This document shows positions 36,939-47,323 of a stretch of 53,620 bases of DNA, one piece after another. Position 1 is the first letter of the stretch. Each line of letters starts with the position of its first letter. Made by a program: the position numbers and the translations under genes. Source of the stretch: Patescibacteria group bacterium (GTDB lineage Bacteria > Patescibacteriota > Patescibacteriia > UBA9934); NCBI GenBank assembly GCA_041666145.1, contig JBAYHK010000006.1, forward strand, positions 1 through 53,620, read 5' to 3'. The notes beneath the pieces were generated by a model. It searched no databases. It had not been told where the DNA came from and worked only from the letters and a program-made list of their open reading frames with translations.

Positions 36939-39900
36939 ATGAAGAGTTTTTTTCGATATTCGTTTTTTATTGGTTTAATTAGCCTCTTGGGACTTTCTTT
37001 ATTTATTGCTCAAGCAAGGGCTGAAGTTGTAAGCGTTTCCTGTTCCGGAACTTCTGGATCTCCAACTGCAGTTACGGAAGCTGATCTTGCAGGTGATGAT
37101 GTTACTTTTACGAATGGTGGTGGAGGCGGATGGTGTGTTTTAGACAATCCGATCTCGGCAGCATCGGTGATAATCAACACCGGTGTGACTATCACGCAAG
37201 TTGGAATGGATGCTGATGGGATAACAATAACGACAACTGGTAATTTTGAGCTTCAGTCTGGAGCTTTTATTAATGCCAATTTAAAAGGTTGCCAACAGAC
37301 CGGTTCTGGTGGTAACGACGGTTTTGGTCCGAATGGTTCGAATGTTTGCACCATAACTACTGCAGGTTTTGGAGACGGTGGTGGTGTAGCAAATGCTGGT
37401 TATCAAGGCGCTGGTCATGGTGGTACTGGTGGACTTGGTACAACTACAAGCTTTAATGTTGGTGGGTTGACTTATGATTCAGCCATAGCTCCGATTTTGT
37501 TTGGTTCTTCCGGTGGTTCTGCCGATCCGAATAGGGGAGGAAGCGGTGGCGGAATCATCCGTTTATCAATTTCCGGAAACTTCATTGCGAATGGTGCGAT
37601 ATCTGCTAACGGAGGCGCAGGAATCGCGGGCGGTAGCGGGACAGCTGGGGGTGGTGGATCTGGCGGTTCGGTTTATATAACAGCGACTTCAATGTCTGGT
37701 TCCACTGGCACTTTTCTTGCGAATGGAGGAAACGGCGGTGATAACACTTATGATGGCGGTGGAGGCGGCGGTGGGCGTATCTCTCTTTCTTATGGGTCTA
37801 GCACTTTTTCAGGATTGGGTAGCGAAGATTTTTCTGTAAGTGGAGGATCTGTTACGGGTACAGCTGTAGCTGGGATAAGAGGAACTGTTTATACGGAGAA
37901 TACTGGGATAAACGCAGTTACTATTTATCACGGCTTTACTTACGCAGCTGATTACAGTGAATCAACTTGGACGGTTGATTCAACGGCAACAAACCAATAT
38001 TGCAACGGCGCTGATGTAACGCCTTCTCTTGCCGCAGGAACAATTACTTTGAAAGGAATTTTGGACTGTACGAATAGTTTGGTCACGGGCTTTGATGTGA
38101 GTCCTAGCTCAAGTTTGGCCATGAATGGATTTACTTTTACCATGGGTCCCACAGATATTTTTACAATAAATGACGCTGCTTCGGTTCTAGTAACGAATGC
38201 TTCGACAATCAGCTCTAATGTTCAGTGGACGAATCTTGCGAGCTTACAAATTGACGCTGGTTCATCTGTAAATGCAGACGCAAAAGGGTGTCAACAGCTT
38301 GATGATTCAGGCCATGATGGCTTCGGTCCAACGAGTCCTGGCAATGTTTGTACCGTAAGAACTTCTGGTTATGGTGACGGTGGCGTAGCTGCTCCTGCTG
38401 GTTATCAGGGTGGAGGGCATGGAGGCATTGCAGGATTAGGTTCTAGTGCCACATACAATCTCGGTGGGGCAGCTTACGATTCTTTAACGGCTCCAGTTTT
38501 ATTCGGATCTTCTGGTGGTTCGGCTGATACAAATAAGGCAGGAAGCGGTGGTGGAATAGTCCGTTTATCAACTTCTGGAAACTTCATTGCGAATGGTGCG
38601 ATATCTGCTAATGGAGGCGCGGGAATCGCAGGCGGTAGCGGGACAGCTGGGGGTGGTGGATCTGGTGGTTCAGTTTATGTAACGGCAGGGTCAATATCTG
38701 GTTCAACAGGAACATTTTTTGCTAATGGTGGAAATGGTGGAGGCTCTACAGGTTATGGTGGCGGAGGTGGTGGTGGAAGGATTGCATTTGAATATGGCGA
38801 TAACTCAACAACATATCTTGCAAATTTGGTCGCTGCTTCCGTTGTTGCTGGCGGCGTAAAAGGTGGTGGTACTGCACAAAGTGGTTCAGTCGGCACTCTT
38901 TCTATAATTCAAACTGTTTATCTTGTTTCAAGTACCGTTACTGATAACGGTGGTTATACGAATGACAGCACACCGGTTATTACGCTTATACAATCTGGTG
39001 CCTTGCCAACTCATGTCGCTTTTTCCTGTAATGCAGGTTCAAATTGGTCGTCGTGGATAGCGTATCCAGATGACAATATTCTTAACGACGACGATGGTCC
39101 GGCCTTTGATATGACGAGTGGCGCAACTGGTTGTAGCGCCACGAATGAAACAAAAACAATTTTCGCAAAGATAAAAAATGTATCAGGTGAGTCGTCATCA
39201 GTATCGGATATAACCATATACGATTCTGTTGTCCCAATTATTTCCGGTGTAAGCGCAACGAACATTGATGGGACTTATGGCGCGGACACTGTTATGACTG
39301 TGACTATCCAGTTTAACGACAATATGGCAGTGACTGGCGCACCTCAGCTTCTTTTGGATTTCAACGGAACTGATCGTCAGGCGGATTATTCATCGGTTCT
39401 CACTACAAGGTTGTCTTTTGTTTATACGATTGTAAATGGTGATAATAAAACTGATCTTGATTATGTCGGAACGAGTTCTTTAACATTAAATTCTGGGACC
39501 ATTAAAGACTTAGCAGGAAATAGTGCGACGTTAACATTGGCTTTACCTGGTGCAGCCGGTTCGCTTGGTGCTAATAAAAATATTGATATTGTAACGAGTC
39601 CTGAAGTGAATTGGAGCACTGTTTCGCAGTCAGCTGCCGAAAATGCAGGAACCGTAACGGTTACGGCCAACCTGTCTTTCTCATACGCTTCTGATGTAAC
39701 TATTCCGTACGTTATAGCAGGAACAGCTGCTTCGCCTTCAGATTATTCTATAAGCGCAAGTCCATTAACCATCACCGCTGGTAATACAACTGGAAATATC
39801 ACCATCACCATTGCGGACGATGTTATCGATGAACTTTCCGAAACGGTTATAGTTACGATGGGTTCGCCGACAAACGGTATGAAAGGAGCGGCTGATGTTC

Positions 39901-41837
39901 ACACCGCTACGATAACTGACAATGACGCTGCGCCAACTCTTGTGATTAATGACTCTACGGTTTCCGAAGATGCTGGCACTGGTTCGGTTACTGTGACTCT
40001 TGCTGGTGGGAGTTACCTTGGCGTTTCTGTAAATTACGCCACTTCAAGTGGATTTGCTATTTCTGGAACTGACTTCACAGCTGCTTCTGGAGCATTAACT
40101 TGGGCAGCCGATGAGACTGGTACCAAAACTTTTAATATCACGATCACTGATGACGTTCTTGATGAAAATAACGAAACAATTAATGTAACTCTTTCAGATC
40201 AAACGAATAGTTCGATCAACGACGGTACTGGAACTATGACCGTTACCGACAATGACGCTACGCCAACTGTTACTTTTTCTAGTGATACGGCGAATGGCTC
40301 CGAGACCATTACTCCAGCCGCTTTTTCTGTAACTTTGTCCGCCATCTCTGGTCGTTCTGTCACTGTTACTTGTAGCTCACTCGCAGGTACAGCTACCGCT
40401 GACATTGATTACACTCCAATCTCTACCACCGTAACTTTTGATCCTGGTGAAACATTAAAAACCGCTAATGTCATTATTAATAACGACACTCTTGATGAAA
40501 ACAATGAAATCTTTAGTCTTCATCTTGCTGATTTTAATAATGTCATAGCTGGTACGTATACTGCTGTCACTTATACAATTACTGACAACGACTCTGCGCC
40601 AACAGTCAGCTGGACCAGTGCCTCTCAGTCGATTCTGGAAGATGACACTACGATCACTTTAACTGCCCAACTCTCGTCTGCTTCCGGTCTTTTGATATCT
40701 GTTCCGTTCGAAAGTTCTGGTCTTGCTACTGGTGCAGGTATCGACTATTCGATTGCCACAAGTCCGGTAACTATTTCTCCTGGTTCAACTACAGCGAACA
40801 TAGCGATCACGATTATTGAAGACAGTATTGTTGAGCCAGACGAAACAATCATTGTAACCATGGGACCGCCAACGAATGCGAGCCAAGGATCAACAACGGT
40901 TCACACGGCCTCCATTCTTCGCGATGATATTCAAAAGGGTCCAGGAACAACGAGTCCCTCGATCGTAAACACCGTTACCTTTTCTGCGCCATCTCATGAT
41001 GAGAAGCTTGTTGGTGGTTCCACGGAAACACTTCGTTGGTCATCAACAGGGAATACTGCATTTGTGAATCTTTCTTATTCGTTCGACCTTGGCGCCGCCT
41101 ATACTGTCATTGAAAAGAATCTAACCAATTCTGGATCATATTCATGGTTAGTTCCGGATGTTTCAGAGGATAATGTTACTCTGAAAATTGAAATAACTGA
41201 TCTTGTAAATGTTCTTGATACTGACACGGTGACGTTCTCAATCGAGAGCGATTCTGCTGTGCCGGAAGAGGACGTTTCTCATAACGAAGAAGAAAATGAA
41301 CAGGCTCCAGTTTCTGAAATAACAGAACAGAGCTCTGCTCTTCAGGAGACGTTTGGTGCACGTTGGGAAGAGGACGTGGAGAGCCGTGGTTTTACAATGT
41401 TCCCCACAAGTTTTCCAGATTCTGTAACAGTGGGAACGCTCGTAAAGCTTGCGGACGATGGGAATCCAGAAACTCAATTAGATTCAGCAGTGTATTACAT
41501 TGGTGCAGATCAGCGTCGTCATCCATTTCCAAGTGAAAGTGTTTATAGGTCTTGGTTCAGTACTTTTGATGAGATCCATATTATCGATGTGGTTTCCATG
41601 TCTCAGATCCTTGTTGGTCCTATTGTTACTTTCGCGCCAGATTCTGTTTTAGTGAAGTTTCCTTCAGTGCCAAGAGTTTATTCAGTTGATTCTACTGGTG
41701 CGCTTCATTGGTTGACTTCAGAAGCGTCGGCCGTGAATTTGTATGGTAATAATTGGTCGAGTTTAGTCCAAGATGTTTCTGAGGCATTTTGGTCAAGTTA
41801 TGAGTTTGGAGTAGATCTTGTGGTGAATCATGAATAA
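36939..41837 (+). CDS. 1632-aa surface protein: two Gly-rich repeats, Ig-like and Calx-beta domains, C-terminal duplicated surface domain
   Basis: Signal peptide; GGGGSGG blocks 334 aa apart; repeated TATxxxDY...D...E..ET motifs; SAVYYIG...RHPFP C-domain. Confidence 0.85.
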   Translation: MKSFFRYSFFIGLISLLGLSLFIAQARAEVVSVSCSGTSGSPTAVTEADLAGDDVTFTNGGGGGWCVLDNPISAASVIINTGVTITQVGMDADGITITTTGNFELQSGAFINANLKGCQQTGSGGNDGFGPNGSNVCTITTAGFGDGGGVANAGYQGAGHGGTGGLGTTTSFNVGGLTYDSAIAPILFGSSGGSADPNRGGSGGGIIRLSISGNFIANGAISANGGAGIAGGSGTAGGGGSGGSVYITATSMSGSTGTFLANGGNGGDNTYDGGGGGGGRISLSYGSSTFSGLGSEDFSVSGGSVTGTAVAGIRGTVYTENTGINAVTIYHGFTYAADYSESTWTVDSTATNQYCNGADVTPSLAAGTITLKGILDCTNSLVTGFDVSPSSSLAMNGFTFTMGPTDIFTINDAASVLVTNASTISSNVQWTNLASLQIDAGSSVNADAKGCQQLDDSGHDGFGPTSPGNVCTVRTSGYGDGGVAAPAGYQGGGHGGIAGLGSSATYNLGGAAYDSLTAPVLFGSSGGSADTNKAGSGGGIVRLSTSGNFIANGAISANGGAGIAGGSGTAGGGGSGGSVYVTAGSISGSTGTFFANGGNGGGSTGYGGGGGGGRIAFEYGDNSTTYLANLVAASVVAGGVKGGGTAQSGSVGTLSIIQTVYLVSSTVTDNGGYTNDSTPVITLIQSGALPTHVAFSCNAGSNWSSWIAYPDDNILNDDDGPAFDMTSGATGCSATNETKTIFAKIKNVSGESSSVSDITIYDSVVPIISGVSATNIDGTYGADTVMTVTIQFNDNMAVTGAPQLLLDFNGTDRQADYSSVLTTRLSFVYTIVNGDNKTDLDYVGTSSLTLNSGTIKDLAGNSATLTLALPGAAGSLGANKNIDIVTSPEVNWSTVSQSAAENAGTVTVTANLSFSYASDVTIPYVIAGTAASPSDYSISASPLTITAGNTTGNITITIADDVIDELSETVIVTMGSPTNGMKGAADVHTATITDNDAAPTLVINDSTVSEDAGTGSVTVTLAGGSYLGVSVNYATSSGFAISGTDFTAASGALTWAADETGTKTFNITITDDVLDENNETINVTLSDQTNSSINDGTGTMTVTDNDATPTVTFSSDTANGSETITPAAFSVTLSAISGRSVTVTCSSLAGTATADIDYTPISTTVTFDPGETLKTANVIINNDTLDENNEIFSLHLADFNNVIAGTYTAVTYTITDNDSAPTVSWTSASQSILEDDTTITLTAQLSSASGLLISVPFESSGLATGAGIDYSIATSPVTISPGSTTANIAITIIEDSIVEPDETIIVTMGPPTNASQGSTTVHTASILRDDIQKGPGTTSPSIVNTVTFSAPSHDEKLVGGSTETLRWSSTGNTAFVNLSYSFDLGAAYTVIEKNLTNSGSYSWLVPDVSEDNVTLKIEITDLVNVLDTDTVTFSIESDSAVPEEDVSHNEEENEQAPVSEITEQSSALQETFGARWEEDVESRGFTMFPTSFPDSVTVGTLVKLADDGNPETQLDSAVYYIGADQRRHPFPSESVYRSWFSTFDEIHIIDVVSMSQILVGPIVTFAPDSVLVKFPSVPRVYSVDSTGALHWLTSEASAVNLYGNNWSSLVQDVSEAFWSSYEFGVDLVVNHE

Positions 41838-41886
41838 GACGGCCTATCTAAGAAAATATGTTTTCGGCAGTTTTTAATGACAATGC

Positions 41887-42486
41887 ATGAATTCGCTTTT
41901 TAGTTTTACAAAGAAAAAGTCAGAAAAGAACGGAAGTATTCTTGCGTATCGTCTTTTTGGTAAAACGTCGATTTTTGTTCATGGTTTTGACCAGTCAACA
42001 GACTATATTGTTTTCATGTGGCGCGAGGCTCTTGGTCATCTTCCGAAAACATTTTCCGCAAAGTCTGTTCTTATGCTTGGGTTAGGTGGAGGATCTGCAA
42101 TAAAAGAAATTCGTCATTGTTTTCCTGGTTGTAAAATCACCGTTGTTGAATGGGATCCTGTCATGATTGATCTCTATCATAATATTCACAAAGAAGAAGA
42201 TCCGATCTCTATCATTCAGGGTGATGCAAGTGTTGTTGTTCCCGCCATGACTGAGAAATTCGATCTTGTTCTCGTCGATCTTTTTACGGGAAACGTCACC
42301 CCGAAAGAATTGCGTAGCGCATCGATGGTTAGCGCGATATCTCACGTTACTCATCTAAACGGTTTCTGCATCTTAAATGCATTCGTTTCCCTTGACCTTC
42401 TTCCGGTATTCGACCAGCATTTTTCCCGAAAAGACACGTGGGAATACAAGTTCAATACGTTGGTGCTTTACAAGCCAAATTTTTAA
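41887..42486 (+). CDS. Spermidine synthase-like methyltransferase domain protein
   Basis: VLMLGLGGGS, VVEWDP, GDA, FDLVLVDLF. Confidence 0.8.
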   Translation: MNSLFSFTKKKSEKNGSILAYRLFGKTSIFVHGFDQSTDYIVFMWREALGHLPKTFSAKSVLMLGLGGGSAIKEIRHCFPGCKITVVEWDPVMIDLYHNIHKEEDPISIIQGDASVVVPAMTEKFDLVLVDLFTGNVTPKELRSASMVSAISHVTHLNGFCILNAFVSLDLLPVFDQHFSRKDTWEYKFNTLVLYKPNF

Positions 42487-42541
42487 AAAGATCCCCATCA
42501 TTTCTTTCAAAAATCACTAAAAAACGCTACACTGCAGCCCT

Positions 42542-43534
42542 ATGAAGTATCTGCTTTTTGCAGCGCTTTCCTTGTTCCTTTTTCCTGCAGTGGTCCACGC
42601 AGAAGGCGCTATAGACATTGCTTTTCCAGTAGAGGGCGATGTGTCATTTCAAGACGATTTTTACGCAGCTCGGAGTGGCGGAAGGGTGCATAGTGCGACG
42701 GACGTTATGGCAGATAAAATGTCGCCAATACTTGCAGCGGTCGACGGTCAAGTTACTTATGCGCCATCTATCGAGCCGAGCTACGGGTTCATGATTACGC
42801 TAAAGGGTGACGATGGATATACGTATAACTACGTTCACATCAATAACGACACTCCTGGTACAGACGACGGAATTGGCGGAGTCGAACATGCATACGCTGA
42901 TGGAATTGCGAAAGGTGTCCGCGTTATCCGTGGTCAGCACATTGCGTACGTTGGTGACAGTGGGAATGCGGAAGAAACAGGATCGCACCTTCACTTTGAG
43001 ATTTGTCTTGGTGATGTTGTATTAAATCCCTATGCATCGCTTGTTGCAGCACAGAGTGCAGTTGAATCGAGTTCAATCGCGGCGCAAGGATTGTCTGAGG
43101 TAACGTCAATTAATGACGATAAAGACATTCAAGCTGTAACCGGAACGGTGAACTGCACGTCTGACAGTCTAATCCGTACTTTAGAGAATTCTGCGGTTTA
43201 TTATTGCGGTCGTGATGGTGGCAGATATCTTTTCCAAGACGAAAACACTTTCCTTTCTTGGTACGATGACTTTTCGAGCGTGACAGTTATCTCTTCTGAA
43301 ACCATGGGATCCATTCCGCTTCGTGGAACGGTAACCTATAAGCCGGGAACAAGTTTGGTAAAACTTCTTAGCGTGCCAAAGGTTTACGCCGTTGCAAAGA
43401 ACGGAATATTGCGGTGGATACCGTCGGCCGATATTGCAGAATCTCAGTACGGTGCAGAATGGGCAAAATTAGTTCATGACCTTCCGGATGGATTTTTTCC
43501 TGCGTATAGCGTGGGGGAGGATGTGACGAATTAA
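42542..43534 (+). CDS. M23 family peptidase with C-terminal duplicated surface domain
   Basis: HxxxD (HSATD), YVH, HLHFE motifs; SAVYY...YLFQ...PGTSLVK C-domain. Confidence 0.9.
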   Translation: MKYLLFAALSLFLFPAVVHAEGAIDIAFPVEGDVSFQDDFYAARSGGRVHSATDVMADKMSPILAAVDGQVTYAPSIEPSYGFMITLKGDDGYTYNYVHINNDTPGTDDGIGGVEHAYADGIAKGVRVIRGQHIAYVGDSGNAEETGSHLHFEICLGDVVLNPYASLVAAQSAVESSSIAAQGLSEVTSINDDKDIQAVTGTVNCTSDSLIRTLENSAVYYCGRDGGRYLFQDENTFLSWYDDFSSVTVISSETMGSIPLRGTVTYKPGTSLVKLLSVPKVYAVAKNGILRWIPSADIAESQYGAEWAKLVHDLPDGFFPAYSVGEDVTN

Positions 43535-43548
43535 GAAAAGTCGAAATA

Positions 43549-43580
43549 CAATACCGATCAAAAAATGATCGGTATTTTTT
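43549..43580. terminator. Bidirectional terminator
   Basis: AATACCGATCA-AAAAA-TGATCGGTATT followed by a T-run. Confidence 0.75.
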
Positions 43581-43622
43581 ATGGCACTAGTTTTATTACG
43601 AAAGAATCTTCCAAATCTGGTC

Positions 43623-44993
43623 CTACACCACTACTGCTGAGAAATAACCAAAGAAGAGGAATATTGCCCAGAGAAGGAGTTGGCGCCAGAGAGGTGCTTG
43701 GTAGGCTTTAGGAAGCGTTCTGCGGTTGAGTATTGCAACAAGTCCAATGTGGACGAACATGGCAAGAGCATTCAAACACGCTCCAAGAATGAGGAGCGTT
43801 TTTGGTTCGGTTTGACCAAGAAGGAAGAGTGTTATTCCGAATGCGATCTGCGCCCAAACAAAGAAGAAGTATGTTCGTGATAAGCGAATCTGCGTTTTTC
43901 CTGTTGCGCGCGTGTACGCCACAACAACATTCTCCGCCATAATGCGTGATGTTGAATCCAAGACTCCGAGTTGTGTTTGAAAGAGCATAACAACGACTGC
44001 AATAAGGAAGGCTGTGCCTATCCATGGTCCGAGCTGTACGCCTATAGCCAGTCCTTCGTTAAGAACAAATTGGATTCCTTGTGCATTGCCTGGAGAATTA
44101 TGTGCTGCAGCGAATGAGAGCAACATGAGCATCATTATTGACAGTGCTCCGGTGAACCAAAAGACTACGGCATGTTCTATGCTTACGCGGCGCCACCATG
44201 TTTTGAACGTTTTTCGAGTTTTATTAGTGTCCTCAAAAGAAGGACCAGAGAGTGATAGTTCTGTTTTTGCCCCTTTTGCAGTAAATAATCCAGCCATTTT
44301 TTCTGCATATGCGCCCATTCCGTAACCTTTTTCTTTTACGTAAATCGACTGAGTCAGATTGAGATTGCCTCCTGCGCCCGAATAGGCGAATGCAGCAAGA
44401 AATGTTGCGAGTGCTACGCCGGTTGGAATGAGCGGCCCTGGTTCAGAGAAGGGAACAAGTCCCTGAGCGAGATTCCACCAATCCGCTTGAGAAGCCATCA
44501 CTACTGCGAGAATGAATATAAAAGGGACACCAATCAAGATGATTGTTTTTGTGAGCTTTTCCATGACTCCATAAACGGTGCGTCCAGATGAAAGAATTGC
44601 TCCAATAAAAAAGAGCATAGGAATCGCAATGAGTCGCATGTCATCGATTCCAAGAAGTGATGCGCCTACTGTTGCGCTCGCGGCGATGATTCCTGGTAAT
44701 CCAAAGCCAATAAAGGTGGAGAGAATAAACCAAAAAGGTGCAGCTTTCCAAAGTTTTCCAATTCCTACAAAAACGCTTTCGCCTTTTACGAGCGCATAGC
44801 GTTCAATCTCCATATTGATGAAGTATTGAAACGTAATTCCTGCAAGTGCACCCCATGCAAGAACAAGACCGTGGTTTGCGGCAAGATACGGCCATAGAAT
44901 GACTTCGCCAGACCCAAGCCCAAGCGCAAGAATAAGAAAACTTGGTCCAATAAGTTTACGAAGCGGTGGCGCAGGAGGAAAAGGTTTACGCAT
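43623..44993 (-). CDS. Nramp-like (APC superfamily) membrane transporter
   Basis: GP..I..A.GLGSGE..LWP N-terminal motif; about 10 TM segments. Confidence 0.75.
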   Translation of the reverse strand: MRKPFPPAPPLRKLIGPSFLILALGLGSGEVILWPYLAANHGLVLAWGALAGITFQYFINMEIERYALVKGESVFVGIGKLWKAAPFWFILSTFIGFGLPGIIAASATVGASLLGIDDMRLIAIPMLFFIGAILSSGRTVYGVMEKLTKTIILIGVPFIFILAVVMASQADWWNLAQGLVPFSEPGPLIPTGVALATFLAAFAYSGAGGNLNLTQSIYVKEKGYGMGAYAEKMAGLFTAKGAKTELSLSGPSFEDTNKTRKTFKTWWRRVSIEHAVVFWFTGALSIMMLMLLSFAAAHNSPGNAQGIQFVLNEGLAIGVQLGPWIGTAFLIAVVVMLFQTQLGVLDSTSRIMAENVVVAYTRATGKTQIRLSRTYFFFVWAQIAFGITLFLLGQTEPKTLLILGACLNALAMFVHIGLVAILNRRTLPKAYQAPLWRQLLLWAIFLFFGYFSAVVV

Positions 44994-45082
44994 ATTGCTT
45001 CAGTATACTTTGTGACCATTTGAAAAGAACTTCAGCAAAAGTCGGGACCTTGCGGCCCCGACTCGTAGTCTGATGGTGAATT

Positions 45083-45586
45083 TTAGGGTGTCGGTGACTC
45101 GTCGACCAGTAGCGACATTTCGAGGCTCGGGGACTTGCCGACCCTTTCCCATTCTCCCTCGGCGAGTGCATCGCGCCCAACCCCGGGCAGTCCGAGACCG
45201 GAGAGGTCTGTGCACTCTTCAGATATCTTGACCAGCGTCATGACGTCCTCTTCGAGGGGGATGGAATACCTGTATTCCCCCGGCTTGCCGGCGCAGTCTG
45301 CGTCTTCGTACTCGTCAATCACGAACGTGCCCGAGTCTGGCATGTCTTCTTCGTCTGGATCAGCATTGGTCGTGTAGAAGCACGGCGTCGAAATTCCTCC
45401 AGGGAGGGTCACTGTGCAAGTCCCGCGATCTGGGTCGTCTTCACTTGCCCCGAAGAAGGCCAACTGGATGGGGAACCCGCCGTATTCCGCGGGTATGGGG
45501 TGCGTCCATGTTCCATTAATCGCCGGGTCTGTGCAGCCCAGAAGAAGGAACAGAGGGAGGAGGTTTTTTGCATTTCGAATGTTCAA
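45083..45586 (-). CDS. Orphan predicted lipoprotein (lipocalin-like I.GTW motif)
   Basis: Lipobox LLG-C; INGTW; SD GAGGTG upstream. Confidence 0.65.
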   Translation of the reverse strand: MNIRNAKNLLPLFLLLGCTDPAINGTWTHPIPAEYGGFPIQLAFFGASEDDPDRGTCTVTLPGGISTPCFYTTNADPDEEDMPDSGTFVIDEYEDADCAGKPGEYRYSIPLEEDVMTLVKISEECTDLSGLGLPGVGRDALAEGEWERVGKSPSLEMSLLVDESPTP

Positions 45587-45768
45587 GAGACACCTCGCTT
45601 TTTTTGCCGTTGGTACTCAGCGGCCGGTACATTCACTCATAAAAAGGAACAATTGTCAACGGACTTCCGTCTTTATTCTGCGAATATCGGCGAAAAATAT
45701 AAAGGAGATATACTGAGAAGGAATTTGAAAACCTTAATACGAATGGAAGTAATCTTAATAAAGATAAT

Positions 45769-47007
45769 ATGCAAAAAAGATTCTTTTACTTGCTTTTCTC
45801 GGCTGTTACTATAATTTTTTGTCTTTCAGTGGTTGCCATCATGGCAACGTTCTTTCAAAAGTCTTCTGAACTAGCCCGTACAGTTGTTCCAAAAAACTCA
45901 GATGTTCCTGACGATGTCTTAAAGGTTCAGACCTGTACGTACAGTACAGAATGGGCAGTAACAAACCTTCATAAAGAAATATCTGAACGCATTACAAATG
46001 TTACAGATATTCTTGTTTCAAAAAGCGGCATGATTTTTGCGGCGTATACCACAGAGAATGATCAGGTTTTTGTTGCTTCAACCAGTGACGATGGCGAACA
46101 TTGGGATTCAACTCCTCTTCCGGAGAATAGCTTAAAAAATATTCGTGCTCTTCGTGAACTTTCAGACGGAAGACTTCTTGTTGGAGGAACTGGAACTAAT
46201 GAACCGATTCTTTACGAAAGCACTGACGGAGGAAAAACTTGGGATCCTATTGCTACGAATTCGCAGAATGGTGTGGTCTTTCCAAATGTATCGGTAACAA
46301 GTGTTTGGGACATTGTTGAGCTAACAAATGGGGAAATACTCATTGCTACTGACGCTCTTACGAACGATCCTCTGCAGAATAATCCAAGTCTCTTCATTCT
46401 TGATGAAGCTGGAAAGATTTCAGAACTTGCTAAGTTTCCTGGCATTGGCGTTCTTTCGATTGCAGTTAATGTAGACGGAGTAATCGTTGTCGCAACAGAA
46501 GAAAGTAGTGAACACGACGATTCATCGATAGCTGGACAATCACATATTTTTATCTCGGAAGATGACGGGAAGACATGGAAGGAGGGTGGGGTCCCGCTCG
46601 GCGCGAATCGTATTTACGATCTTCTCTTTCATACGTCAGGAGACCTTTACGCAGGAACCGGAATTTCTGGAGAATTCTTGCATTCGAAAGACAATGGAAT
46701 GACGTGGGAAAAAATGACGCATCTTCCAACAATCCAGATTCCTTTTGGAGAAGGGGGCGAGTCTATGCGATCTGATGAGATTACTCGTATTTATCAAATC
46801 CTTGAGCTTTGTGACGGATCGATGCTTGTTGGGACTGGAAACAATGGAGGAAAGGCCTTTTTAACAAAGGACGGCGGAGTGCACTGGCAAGAAGCTGGTG
46901 ACACAGGGTCAAACAATGTTGTTTGGGCGCTAGCGCAGGAGTCAGATGGAACCATTTGGGTTGGAACCGGTTCGCACGGAGGTGATGTTTTCAGAGCAGC
47001 TCCGTAG
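45769..47007 (+). CDS. Membrane-anchored BNR/Asp-box beta-propeller protein
   Basis: Repeated S.D.G.TW motifs (SDDGEHW, STDGGKTW, SEDDGKTW, SKDNGMTW, TKDGGVHW). Confidence 0.85.
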   Translation: MQKRFFYLLFSAVTIIFCLSVVAIMATFFQKSSELARTVVPKNSDVPDDVLKVQTCTYSTEWAVTNLHKEISERITNVTDILVSKSGMIFAAYTTENDQVFVASTSDDGEHWDSTPLPENSLKNIRALRELSDGRLLVGGTGTNEPILYESTDGGKTWDPIATNSQNGVVFPNVSVTSVWDIVELTNGEILIATDALTNDPLQNNPSLFILDEAGKISELAKFPGIGVLSIAVNVDGVIVVATEESSEHDDSSIAGQSHIFISEDDGKTWKEGGVPLGANRIYDLLFHTSGDLYAGTGISGEFLHSKDNGMTWEKMTHLPTIQIPFGEGGESMRSDEITRIYQILELCDGSMLVGTGNNGGKAFLTKDGGVHWQEAGDTGSNNVVWALAQESDGTIWVGTGSHGGDVFRAAP

Positions 47008-47130
47008 GGGGGCGTCTATTGAAGAAAAGTTGGAAATATGCAATACTTCTTTGTTAGAGGGTAGCTTCTTGTTGCGATGTTGCAACAATGTGACAAGTAG
47101 AAAAAACGTTACAGAAATAAAGAAGGGATC

Positions 47131-47232
47131 ATGGGAACCCATAGGTTGAGTGATGTGTCGGTGGGAGTTATTGCACTCCTCCTGGCCGTGTTCGCGATGG
47201 TGATTTCATGGGCACCACCGTTTCCAACGTGA
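47131..47232 (+). CDS. 33-aa single-TM small protein (absent from the ORF track)
   Basis: MGTHRLSDVSVGVIALLLAVFAMVISWAPPFPT*; SD-like AAGGGA; terminator right after the stop. Confidence 0.55.
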   Translation: MGTHRLSDVSVGVIALLLAVFAMVISWAPPFPT

Positions 47233-47323
47233 CCGCTCTGGAAAAGACCGCCTCCGGCGTCCTTGCTCCGGAGCGGTTTTTCTTTTGGAGGGCATCCATT
47301 TTGTTTTTAAAGTTTATGTTACG

